The notes under the pieces: generated by a model
Told to the model about the DNA's origin: nothing
Database searches by the model: none
Seen by the model: only the letters and a program-made list of their open reading frames with translations
Assembly: GCF_000018105.1 (NCBI RefSeq)
Contig: NC_009925.1
Coordinates: 1,440,001-1,472,000, forward strand
Length of the DNA: 32,000 nucleotides
Direction of reading: 5' to 3'
From: Acaryochloris marina MBIC11017
Lineage (GTDB): Bacteria > Cyanobacteriota > Cyanobacteriia > Thermosynechococcales > Thermosynechococcaceae
Shown: positions 18,431-27,088 of the stretch, piece after piece
How positions within the stretch are numbered: the first letter of the stretch is position 1
Layout: each line of letters starts with the position of its first letter
Translations under genes and position numbers: made by a program

Positions 18431-19006
18431 ATGCCCTTTCAATTCAACGCGTGGGTGGCGTTTGCCCTGGGAGGCGTGTTAGGTAGCTTACTCACCAGCT
18501 ATACCCATCAAGTCAGCTTCACCCCGCCAACACCTGCTTCCCCGATTACCCAGGAGGAAATTCTTCAGGCTCAAAAAGAGTGGGGAGATGCCATTGTCAG
18601 GATCGGTAAAGCTCATGGCAACAACGCTGCCTATCAAATATTAGCGGAAAATATTGTCGACGCTCTTTATGCCTATGATGAGGGACCTATCCTGTTTAAG
18701 CCCACCAAAGCCGCCAAGAAGCAATTTCGGCCCACAGAAGCAGAAGCCATCTCGTACTTTGTGACGGGTATTGTCCCTGAAGATCAAGGATTTGCTCTTC
18801 AGCCCTGGAGCAAGGTCCGTTTCGAGAATTCAAAAATTGCCATCGATAGTGATTCGGCGGTTGCCATTGGCAACTACTACTTTACGAATGCTCGCACAGG
18901 CCAAGACTTAAAGGTTGAATACACCTTCGGGTATCAAAAAGCGAACAGTGGCAAGCTGTTAATCAACCTCCACCATTCTTCTTTGCCCTATAAGCCATCA
19001 CCCTAA
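18431..19006 (+). CDS. Membrane-anchored hypothetical protein, possibly NTF2/SnoaL-like fold
   Basis: N-terminal hydrophobic helix WVAFALGGVLGSLLTSY, then a soluble domain of about 150 aa (ILQAQKEWGDAIVRIG...VAIGNYYFT...LHHSSLPY). The fold assignment is a guess from sequence pattern. Confidence 0.55.
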   Translation: MPFQFNAWVAFALGGVLGSLLTSYTHQVSFTPPTPASPITQEEILQAQKEWGDAIVRIGKAHGNNAAYQILAENIVDALYAYDEGPILFKPTKAAKKQFRPTEAEAISYFVTGIVPEDQGFALQPWSKVRFENSKIAIDSDSAVAIGNYYFTNARTGQDLKVEYTFGYQKANSGKLLINLHHSSLPYKPSP

Positions 19007-19296
19007 AAAGCCCCCACTATTCCATTTAAGCTTGAACCGTTGAGCTAGCGGGGACGAAACCTGCAATCTTGAGCGTAAGAATCATCCATTAACCCTACAT
19101 GGGCTACGTTCATGTTCTATCTCCCTCTCAGGAACTGCGTCCCATCGCCCGTAGATTGATAAGCACGTTTGTCAGCGTTTTAGCAACGGCCCCCCGTATG
19201 ATTCACATGAACGAACCCTGCTGGGCAGCATAACAGTACAAGGCCTATCCAGGTTATAGACAACACTGGAATCATGGCTGGAGAAAATAGACTTTT

Positions 19297-19740
19297 GTGA
19301 CTGTATGGGGGCATCAATTGAAACACCGATGTTTATGTACAATGGCACTCTTGATGGCTTGCAGCCATGCAGGAAGTCAAAAGCCTCAAAGCCATAATGT
19401 ATCGACTACTTCGCCACCTGGACAGGCTACCCCCCAGATTAAAATAGCGAATCCCCTGGCCGACGAAGAAGCCATTCGTGCCACTCTGCTACAGTCCCTT
19501 GCCCCTACAGCACAAGTGGAGCGTATCGTGATTTCGGATGCATATGCTTTAGCCAGATGGATTGATGGGCCTACAGGAGGGTTAGCCACCTTGAAACGTA
19601 TCAACTCTGAATGGACCCTCCACTCGACTGGCACAAGGGGATGGCCACCCATAGAGATTTTTGCTAAAGAGCGAGGAATGACTATTCCTGAGGCCGAGAA
19701 GCTGCTGGATCAGTATTCTCCCAAGTGGCGTCAATGGTAG
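19297..19740 (+). CDS. Hypothetical lipoprotein
   Basis: The GTG start gives a basic n-region plus lipobox LLMAC. The mature part has no recognisable motif. Confidence 0.5.
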   Translation: MTVWGHQLKHRCLCTMALLMACSHAGSQKPQSHNVSTTSPPGQATPQIKIANPLADEEAIRATLLQSLAPTAQVERIVISDAYALARWIDGPTGGLATLKRINSEWTLHSTGTRGWPPIEIFAKERGMTIPEAEKLLDQYSPKWRQW

Positions 19741-19886
19741 GCCGCTCTCCTCAAGATTAGGCAATTCGTATCTGCTGTTGACCTCTTCAGGCATCAACAA
19801 CATCAAGCTGATCACGGTCTAAGCTGATTGGGTAGATCGATGGTAGCAATCGATTTAGAATATGGCTCTTGGTAACAGGAGTGACC

Positions 19887-20375
19887 ATGCCCATCGATTC
19901 ATCCCTAGATTCCGAGTTGAAGGTTACGCGAACCATCTATGCGGACCATGCCAACGATATTTTTTTAATTCGGCAGCAAGTGTTTCATATCGAGCAAAAT
20001 ATTGATCCGGAGCTGGATATGGATGGAGAAGATGAAACTGCTAATCACTTCGTGGCCTATTGGCAACAGCAGCCCGTCGGCATTGCCCGGATTAGAGCCT
20101 ATGGAGATGGAACCCAAGCCAAAATTGAGCGGGTAGCCGTGTTGGAGGGCTTTCGTCAGCAGGGAATTGGTAAAGCGATTACCACCGCAGCCCTGCAATA
20201 TGCCCAACAGCAGGGATTTGCGACAGCTATTCTGTATGCCCAATCTCAGTCAGCATCATTTTACGAGCAATTTGGATTCGAACGGCGGGGAGACCCCTTT
20301 CTCCAGGCAGATATGCTGCATATTGCGATGGTTAAAAATCTAGCTGAAACTCCTAGGCAGGATTCGACGTCATAA
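19887..20375 (+). CDS. GNAT-family N-acetyltransferase
   Basis: AGGAG lies 5 nt before the ATG at 19887. Acetyl-CoA binding motif A RVAVLEGFRQQGIGKAI, followed by FYEQFGF. Confidence 0.85.
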   Translation: MPIDSSLDSELKVTRTIYADHANDIFLIRQQVFHIEQNIDPELDMDGEDETANHFVAYWQQQPVGIARIRAYGDGTQAKIERVAVLEGFRQQGIGKAITTAALQYAQQQGFATAILYAQSQSASFYEQFGFERRGDPFLQADMLHIAMVKNLAETPRQDSTS

Positions 20376-20438
20376 ATCGTTGGTCTTGGAATGGGGGAAC
20401 CAAGTCTTCAGCTCGGCTTAGGTTTGAAGTAGGTTTGC

Positions 20439-21155
20439 ATGCTTAAAAAGATAGGACTGGTCGCCTTCTTGTTGGTCCTGGGCGGTGGAGGCTGGCTGGC
20501 CTATACCTGGCAGCAGGTTACCCATCTCCCGGATTGGTATACCCGGCCTTCAACACCGGAAACAGCTCCTTCCACATTACTGCCCGCCCAAGTCGATGAA
20601 CCGGCTGAGATAGAGCGCTTAGCTTTTGACCTGCACCAAAAAGTTGATCGCGTCCTCGGTACCACTGCCTCCCAGACACCGGAAGTGCAATTAACGGCCC
20701 AAGAATTCAATCAGTTTGTGGTCACGTCTCTTCCAGTCCAAGCTCGCAGTCCTAAAGTGATTACTTCCATCAAAGCGATGAATACCAAGATTGAAGCCGG
20801 TCAACTCCAAACCGGGATTGTGGTGGATACGTCGGCATTGCCGTTAGATCAATTGCCGTCTGAGTATCAAGCAACGGTCAAGGGACTACTGCAAAGTTTC
20901 CCGGTTTTACAAGACAAGGAAATCTATGTGGGGGTGGAGGGCAAACCTCAGATCCAACAAGGGAAGGTCGTCCTCGGCAAAGATGCCAGGTTGGTTGTAG
21001 GCAATGTTCGATTCTCCTATGCAGATCTGCGCGATCGCATCAATCTTCCATCCGATCTTTTAGACAACCCTGTTAATCTTCAGTTGGGACAGCTCCAAAT
21101 TAAAGATCTGAATTTTCAGGATCAAACGGTTATTGTCAAAGGCCAAGCACGGTAA
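20439..21155 (+). CDS. Hypothetical protein with an N-terminal membrane anchor
   Basis: MLKKIGLVAFLLVLGGGGWLAY transmembrane or signal segment, then a soluble region of about 210 aa with no recognisable motif. Confidence 0.6.
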   Translation: MLKKIGLVAFLLVLGGGGWLAYTWQQVTHLPDWYTRPSTPETAPSTLLPAQVDEPAEIERLAFDLHQKVDRVLGTTASQTPEVQLTAQEFNQFVVTSLPVQARSPKVITSIKAMNTKIEAGQLQTGIVVDTSALPLDQLPSEYQATVKGLLQSFPVLQDKEIYVGVEGKPQIQQGKVVLGKDARLVVGNVRFSYADLRDRINLPSDLLDNPVNLQLGQLQIKDLNFQDQTVIVKGQAR

Positions 21156-21170
21156 AACAAGACTGATGCT

Positions 21171-22709
21171 TTACGGCACTAGTGTTTGTAGTAAATCCTG
21201 AATCTGCTGTGGGGAGACTAGGGTATTGGCGCAGAGGATACCGGAAGCAGCCACTGCGGGTACACCAATGCCAGGCATGGTTGAATCCCCCACTCGATAC
21301 AGGCCCGATATAGGGGTATGGCAACTAGGGAAGGTTCCATTGCCAGCAGCAATAGCAGGACCATAGGTGCCTCGATGGCGGCGGAGATAATGACGATGGG
21401 TGAGGGGGGTGCCGATGAGTTCTAGAGTGATGCGCGATCGCACATCCGGTATCACGGTTTCTAAGGCTCGATAGAGTGACTGGGCCCGCTCCTGCTTCAA
21501 CTGTTCATAATCCACCACCTGCTCCCAGGGGGCAAAGGGTTCCAGGGTATAGGTATGAATAACATGATGTCCTTCGGGGGCGAGGGACGCATCCCAAACT
21601 GAGGGAATCGACACCATGCAGGTATTACCAGGATGAATGATGGGCTGCTGGTTGCTATGGATGACCACATGATGTCCTGGGAGGTCCGACAGTCCATCAG
21701 AGCAGATGCCCACATGGAGGTGCATAAAGCTATCAACCGCAGGGGTAGCTAAGGATCGTCGTCGATAGGCCGGCGGTACATCCTCCGGTTTGAGAAGCTG
21801 ATTGAAGGTGTCCCAGACCGTAGCATTGGAAATGACAATGGGGGCCGTTAAGCGTTCCCCATTCTTAAGCTGAATCCCCTGAACTTTTCCACCTTTCACG
21901 AGGATTTGGTCCACATGGGCCTTGAGGCGCAGGTCTCCCCCCCACTTCTTTAAACCTCGAATCAGGGCTTGGATTATGGCAGGACTGCCGCCGACGGGAT
22001 AATCAATGGTGGAACCAGACCGTTCCCCAAACATAAACGCCATTTCCGGGGCAACGGTGTCTTGGGCTGTAAGCCCTGAGAGTAGAAAGCATTCCAAATC
22101 GAACAAGCGACGCACCCAAGGATCCCTCACGGTGCGATCGAGCATGGCTCCAGCAGAACTCTGAATATTGCGGAGCTGGGGCAATAGCTGGGCTAAAGCC
22201 ATAGGCTGATGCCGGATCAGCCAGGGAATCAAGGTCCAATTGCTGCGGAGGGTGAGGAGAGGAATTTGTTTCAGCGGGGCAAATAGGGCCAGAAAATCTT
22301 GTTCCAGTTTCTGGAGCTGACGAGCACCGTCAGGGGTAATTTGAGCGACGGCGTCTCGGTACTTTTGGGCATCTCCATAGATGGGGAAGCCCCTTGCTAA
22401 ATGCCCAGCCGGGTCGTCTGCGGGGAAGTGATAGTAGCCAAGAGGGTCATATGCGATCGCATCGACGGTTTCGCCTAAAACCTGCAAGACTTGGCGAACT
22501 GGATTCAGGCTGTGAGGGTCACTGAGACCACAATAAAAGGAGGGGCCAGTATCAAAATGAAAACCTTGGCGCTGAAACCCATGGGCTGCCCCACCTGGAA
22601 TTGCATGGCTCTCACAGATGAGTACACGTTTACCGTATCGGGCCAACAAACTGCCAGCGATCAGTCCTCCGATGCCGCTACCAATCACGAGGACGTCATA
22701 ATCTGCCAT
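21171..22709 (-). CDS. FAD-dependent oxidoreductase of the phytoene desaturase / carotenoid isomerase (CrtI-CrtISO) superfamily
   Basis: N-terminal Rossmann motif YDVLVIGSGIGGLIAGSLLARYGKRVLICE...PGGAA. C-terminal GLYRVGDSTMPGIGVPAVAASG is typical of the family. The specific activity cannot be assigned. Confidence 0.75.
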   Translation of the reverse strand: MADYDVLVIGSGIGGLIAGSLLARYGKRVLICESHAIPGGAAHGFQRQGFHFDTGPSFYCGLSDPHSLNPVRQVLQVLGETVDAIAYDPLGYYHFPADDPAGHLARGFPIYGDAQKYRDAVAQITPDGARQLQKLEQDFLALFAPLKQIPLLTLRSNWTLIPWLIRHQPMALAQLLPQLRNIQSSAGAMLDRTVRDPWVRRLFDLECFLLSGLTAQDTVAPEMAFMFGERSGSTIDYPVGGSPAIIQALIRGLKKWGGDLRLKAHVDQILVKGGKVQGIQLKNGERLTAPIVISNATVWDTFNQLLKPEDVPPAYRRRSLATPAVDSFMHLHVGICSDGLSDLPGHHVVIHSNQQPIIHPGNTCMVSIPSVWDASLAPEGHHVIHTYTLEPFAPWEQVVDYEQLKQERAQSLYRALETVIPDVRSRITLELIGTPLTHRHYLRRHRGTYGPAIAAGNGTFPSCHTPISGLYRVGDSTMPGIGVPAVAASGILCANTLVSPQQIQDLLQTLVP

Positions 22710-22761
22710 TGATGCTTTAGGGCCTTTTGCGTATCTAATGAAATGTTAACGCTAGGATCAG

Positions 22762-24441
22762 TTAAGGTGTGAATCCTTTGCCAATCGAGACTCTAATATT
22801 AGGGCTTTCTGAACCACCAGAATTCAAAGTCGTCTGAACACTGGCTGTAGGCAACTTATCTACAACATATTGCTCCACCGCCGTTGCTCGGCTTTTGAGG
22901 AGTGCTAAAGCCCTCGCACTACTGGCATCCGCAAAAGTGGCAGTAATCCGCACCGTATCGTCAGGATTAGCTGTGTCCAATACCTGATCCAATGACTTTT
23001 TGGCCTGGTCATTTAATTGCGCCGCCCCTACTTCAAACTGAATGGCAATCGTTGTTTGTGTTGTTGTCGTTGCCTTTGCCTCAGTCTGCTGTGGGGTTGA
23101 GGATGCAGGAGCCGGTTTAGGCGTAGGGGCAGGTTTGGCAGTTGATTGTAACGCAGGGCAGCTCGCAGCAGCATCTGACGTTGCCAGTTCAGCCACAAAG
23201 CGACCATCATAGAGTTGATCCACATTATTCGGCGTAGCGGTCAGACGGCCACTGCCATATAACACCTGTTTGGTGTAATTGAGACGCTGACGTAGTAGTT
23301 TGGTCGGGCCATTCATCCAGTGATTGGCACAATTGGCATCAAAAAAGTACACGCCTTGTAAAAAGTTCAAGGACTCTGATGCAGTCAATCCCCCTAAATT
23401 TTCAAACTGCTGTCGCCAAGCAGTTTTATCAATGGCACGTCGCGAAATATGCTCATAGTAGGCCTTGACAAACTCTTGAACCTTACCAGGATGCTCCTTC
23501 AGGACTTGGGGAGAGGCCACTACTACATCAACAATCGATCGTTGAACATGGGCAGAGGAAAGAGAAGGGATATACCCGGCTCGGTTGGCCTGAGTGACGT
23601 AAGGTTCCCAAAAAATTCCGGCAACGATATTTTCTCCGGGTTTGGGATTCTGAAACCGCTGCCAAGCCGTTGATGAATCATCCACCCGAATGATATTGAA
23701 TTTCTCCAACGCAAAATCTGGCGACTTATCAGCCAACAGAATACTAAGATATTCGCTAGGGGTATTACCCGCAAAAATGATGGAGAGGAGTTCGCCCTGC
23801 TGGGCTGCTTGGGTGGCTGCACGATTCAACCCTTGAATCGTTGTGACTTGGGGAAATTGCTTATTGTTCAGAACCAAACGATCAGCACCCCGGGTCCAGT
23901 CCCACATGGCGACGATTTTGCCGGTATTGGGGGTCTCAAACAGTTGATTGATGGTCGTTACCATAAAATCAACTTCACCACTGGAAAGCTTCTGCGATCT
24001 CGTTTCCTGATCTAGCTCATCTGCATAGCCAATGGTAATTTCAGCATCTTTGAGCTTTTTCTGAAAGTCTTGATCCCAGAGGGTACTGTATCCCAAGAAC
24101 GTATCGCCTAAAACCTCAATATTGGCAGGGCCAGGACTGGCAACTGGCTCAGTCGCTCGCTTCCAAGGACTGATTAATGCGATCGCAGCACTGACGGCCC
24201 CTGCAAAGAGTAAAAAACTCAGAAGCACCGTTGTTTTCTTATTCGGTCGCTTAGCTTTATCGTCAGATGGCAAGTTACTTTGGGGTTGAGTAATACGTTT
24301 ATGCTTAGGCTTGTCGTACAGTGGAGCCCCACACACGATGCACTTGGTCATGTGCATTCGGGTTACAAAATCGCATTGCCAGCAGTATTTACGATCGCCT
24401 TCGTCGCCAGCTTTTCTTTCAATGTCTAGTTCAGTTGCCAA
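22762..24441 (-). CDS. Fusion protein: cytoplasmic zinc ribbon, TM helix, NMT1/SsuA-like solute-binding domain, Pro/Thr linker and degenerate OmpA-like C-terminal domain
   Basis: CWQC...CIVC (24331-24384). TM helix TTVLLSFLLFAGAVSAAIALI. The binding-protein-like core spans about 350 aa. Linker KPAPTPKPAPASSTPQQTEAKATTTTQTT. C-terminus IAIQFEVGAAQL...VRITATFADASS..LLKSRATAVEQYVV. Needs a TTG start (GAGGGG 8 nt upstream) to include the first CxxC. Confidence 0.7.
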   Translation of the reverse strand: MATELDIERKAGDEGDRKYCWQCDFVTRMHMTKCIVCGAPLYDKPKHKRITQPQSNLPSDDKAKRPNKKTTVLLSFLLFAGAVSAAIALISPWKRATEPVASPGPANIEVLGDTFLGYSTLWDQDFQKKLKDAEITIGYADELDQETRSQKLSSGEVDFMVTTINQLFETPNTGKIVAMWDWTRGADRLVLNNKQFPQVTTIQGLNRAATQAAQQGELLSIIFAGNTPSEYLSILLADKSPDFALEKFNIIRVDDSSTAWQRFQNPKPGENIVAGIFWEPYVTQANRAGYIPSLSSAHVQRSIVDVVVASPQVLKEHPGKVQEFVKAYYEHISRRAIDKTAWRQQFENLGGLTASESLNFLQGVYFFDANCANHWMNGPTKLLRQRLNYTKQVLYGSGRLTATPNNVDQLYDGRFVAELATSDAAASCPALQSTAKPAPTPKPAPASSTPQQTEAKATTTTQTTIAIQFEVGAAQLNDQAKKSLDQVLDTANPDDTVRITATFADASSARALALLKSRATAVEQYVVDKLPTASVQTTLNSGGSESPNIRVSIGKGFTP

Positions 24442-25540
24442 TCGAATGTCCCCTCAGCATTCATGTTATTCATTATATAGACATAATAAGCTGTAAGTCC
24501 TCGTTCCAGGACTCTAAAGTTCAAACTCCCTGATAAATAAGGCGAGACTGGCTATTTAGCCCTATTATCATCCAGTGACTAAATAATAGTTGTTATGAGT
24601 GAACCTTTTTGCCATTCGGTGATTGGGCTGGCTAGAGCTTTATGAGAAGCCGTTCCGATCCCTCGTAATAGGTTGCACACATTTTGAGCGCAGGAAAATG
24701 TCCAAACGGCTCAAGAATAGATCCTGCTAAGCATTTTTCCAGGTGATGCATTACATTGACCCAAATTGGAACATGTAGCTTCAATTGACACTTAGGGCAG
24801 TTGCCCCCGTCAGTTCAAGCCCAGAACGGAAAGTCCTAAGTCTAATTGCCAGTACGGTGAGCCATCACTAAATTGCAGAGCTTCCTTGCTATGTTGGAGA
24901 GCGCTGTTAAAAATCATGTCACGAACCTATTCAGCCGTCTCAGTAGTTGCGAACTCAACAAAGGCAGCACTGCTTACCCATTCACTATTACAACAACAGT
25001 TCTCACAATATAATCGCTAAATCAAAAATAGTAGAGCAAAGAAGAATCTCAGACTATTTGAGCAGTAAAGATAGTGTAATTTTTAGCATGACATGGCCAG
25101 CAGACCAACACCTTACAAGCAAGACAGCGAGCTTAGTAGCAACAATAGCTAGATAGCTTATCAACTAGTTTTTCTAGGCAAATAAAAGCATCCGACTGAC
25201 AAAACACAAGCATTAATCAGCGGCTCACAGGAAGAAAATAAAACTCATTAAAAAGCATTTTTTATACAATCAAAATCTTCCCTAAGCCAAATTATCAGGC
25301 TGTAAATTGTTAAGCATTTCTGCAGTCATAGCGTAAAAAAAATGTATCAAATAGCATAAAAATTCAATATCAATCTGACAGATTCATAGACAATCAATCA
25401 TAAATATATTGCCCAATTTACAACCATTGTGGCAGCTAGATTCTAGTAGCAAAAAGCTAATAATAGCAGTCATATATCTTGCTAGAACCCAAGCATGCAA
25501 AAAGTGATATTTGGGCAAAGCTCATGGATTTAATAATGCA

Positions 25541-26872
25541 ATGAAGACTATATCTAGATTTATAGGGCTATTCATAGCTTGCATCGGATTTACTTTGAGT
25601 CTGATGATGCCAATTTCTCCCTCTATAGCTGATACATTAACTCTGGACATCAATGATGTCTCCTTCCTGTGGCCTATCCCCACCACTCAACAAGACGTGG
25701 CAAGACTCATTTCCGTGGGAGAAGAAACTTTAACCGGCGGGAAAATATGGCCACAGCAAGTATTTGATTCTGTTATTAACCAAGCGCAAACGGTTAAAGT
25801 CTCAAACAATACGATTGACTTTGGTCGAACCTTCGCACCTCAGATCCAGCAGATAGACACCTGGAAAGTGGTAGGGGTCAGGGTAGATCCATGCGCACCC
25901 GGCACGGACAAAGCCATTAATCAGGTCTTTGGTTGTGCACCGCAAATCCGTGTGGTTGCTCAGCCCGTAACTGTCAGTGCTGCTGGGCCTAAGATCCATG
26001 ATTTGACAGCGCATCTAGTGTTCAGATACCTCCAAGGGGTGGATACACCAGCTATCCCCAATGGACCACCCAAAGCCATACCAGATGAACGTAAATTTCG
26101 TGAAATCGTTAATGATTTAAAGATCTTAAAGGCAGACCTACAGTTAGCTGGAATTGAAACCAACGGGAATTTAAGTATTCATCCAGGTCTCAAAGCCAAA
26201 CAAGCTAAGTTCGAAAGCAGTCTAAAGCAATTTCTACAAAAACACCTTTCAGAACAACAACTCGGAGGTGTTGCATTTATGGGGCTAGATGGAACCGAAG
26301 AACCCTGGATATTCTTTGCGATGTCTAGACAACCAGATGGAACCTTTGTACAACAGGCTTTCCCAACACTTGGGGGACAAAATGCTCAAATGATCACTGG
26401 GACAAGCTTTGGTCAACGCATTATTCCAACCCCCACGCCTACCAATATTGATCGGAACCAAGGGGTCAGTACAGCTATGTTGCTTGGCCCCACCACTACA
26501 GCTAGATTAGGGAACTCTGTTGTTCAAGGCAGTCCAACCCCGCAGTTACAGGATATTCCTGACATTATTGCTAATCCTCAAAAATCCCACTTTTTCAATA
26601 CGGATTGCGTCAGTTGTCATACGGAAAGTGTTTTCCGTAGCCGACTAACTAAATCCAAAAATGGGGCCTTCAGTTACAAGCTACCCACTAATATTTCTAG
26701 TGTTGATCCATCACTCCTACCCAAAAGTGGATGGAATGTCAGGAGTTTTGGGTGGTTCCCTCCTGCTAGTCCAACTAGAAAAGCAATTCCAAGCATCTCA
26801 ATGAGAACAGCTAACGAAGCTGCTGAATCCGTAGAGTTTATCAATCACAAATATCTGGGCGAATCCGATTGA
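25541..26872 (+). CDS. Exported hypothetical protein (443 aa) with a single CXXCH motif
   Basis: The ATG at 25541 gives the signal peptide MKTISRFIGLFIACIGFTLSLMMPISPSIA. CVSCH at 26606-26620, near the C-terminus. I cannot name a family. Confidence 0.7.
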   Translation: MKTISRFIGLFIACIGFTLSLMMPISPSIADTLTLDINDVSFLWPIPTTQQDVARLISVGEETLTGGKIWPQQVFDSVINQAQTVKVSNNTIDFGRTFAPQIQQIDTWKVVGVRVDPCAPGTDKAINQVFGCAPQIRVVAQPVTVSAAGPKIHDLTAHLVFRYLQGVDTPAIPNGPPKAIPDERKFREIVNDLKILKADLQLAGIETNGNLSIHPGLKAKQAKFESSLKQFLQKHLSEQQLGGVAFMGLDGTEEPWIFFAMSRQPDGTFVQQAFPTLGGQNAQMITGTSFGQRIIPTPTPTNIDRNQGVSTAMLLGPTTTARLGNSVVQGSPTPQLQDIPDIIANPQKSHFFNTDCVSCHTESVFRSRLTKSKNGAFSYKLPTNISSVDPSLLPKSGWNVRSFGWFPPASPTRKAIPSISMRTANEAAESVEFINHKYLGESD

Positions 26873-27088
26873 AGTTTTTCATATCTCAAGCATTCTGATC
26901 TCCAAAGTTTAGGCCAAAGATGCGGACATATATCGCTTTCGCATCTGCATAAACTTTAAGATTTTACATCTTGATGACATGGCTAAGCAGGATTTTTAAG
27001 CCATCTATAAATCACTTGATTAGGTGCAATACTTCCACATGCCCAGAGATCCCCCTCCTTGTTAACACCACCTCATAAGGAACAGATT

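Noticed and set aside
19010-19065. A tRNA-like fragment on the minus strand, with a D-arm-like AGCT-CAACGGTTCA-AGCT.
   Set aside because: No complementary anticodon stem, T-arm (GTTCRANYC) or acceptor pairing can be built, so it is not a tRNA.
19107-19213. A 9-nt inverted repeat, CGTTCATGT / ACATGAACG, about 90 nt apart in the 290-bp gap after the 18431 gene. It could be a structured RNA.
   Set aside because: A 9-mer inverted match within a region of this size is plausible by chance, and there is no supporting terminator or promoter.
24635-24814. A stop-free 60-codon minus-strand stretch translating to ...GGNCPKCQLKLHVPIWVNVMHHLEKC..., which hints at a decayed zinc-ribbon (for example transposase-type) gene.
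   Set aside because: There is no start codon upstream of the CPKC. A 60-codon open stretch is not statistically unusual, and I cannot match the peptide to a family. It is worth a BLASTX but is not a supportable feature.
24947-25156. A 69-aa plus-strand ORF inside the AT-rich ORF-free tract.
   Set aside because: It uses a non-ATG start, the translation is compositionally odd and low-complexity, and there is no SD sequence. An ORF of this length is expected by chance.
25380-25410. An AT-rich segment (GACAATCAATCATAAATAT) that looks vaguely like a Fur box, upstream of the CXXCH-protein gene.
   Set aside because: The match to GATAATGATAATCATTATC is poor beyond the first 8 positions. AT-rich DNA gives such partial matches readily.
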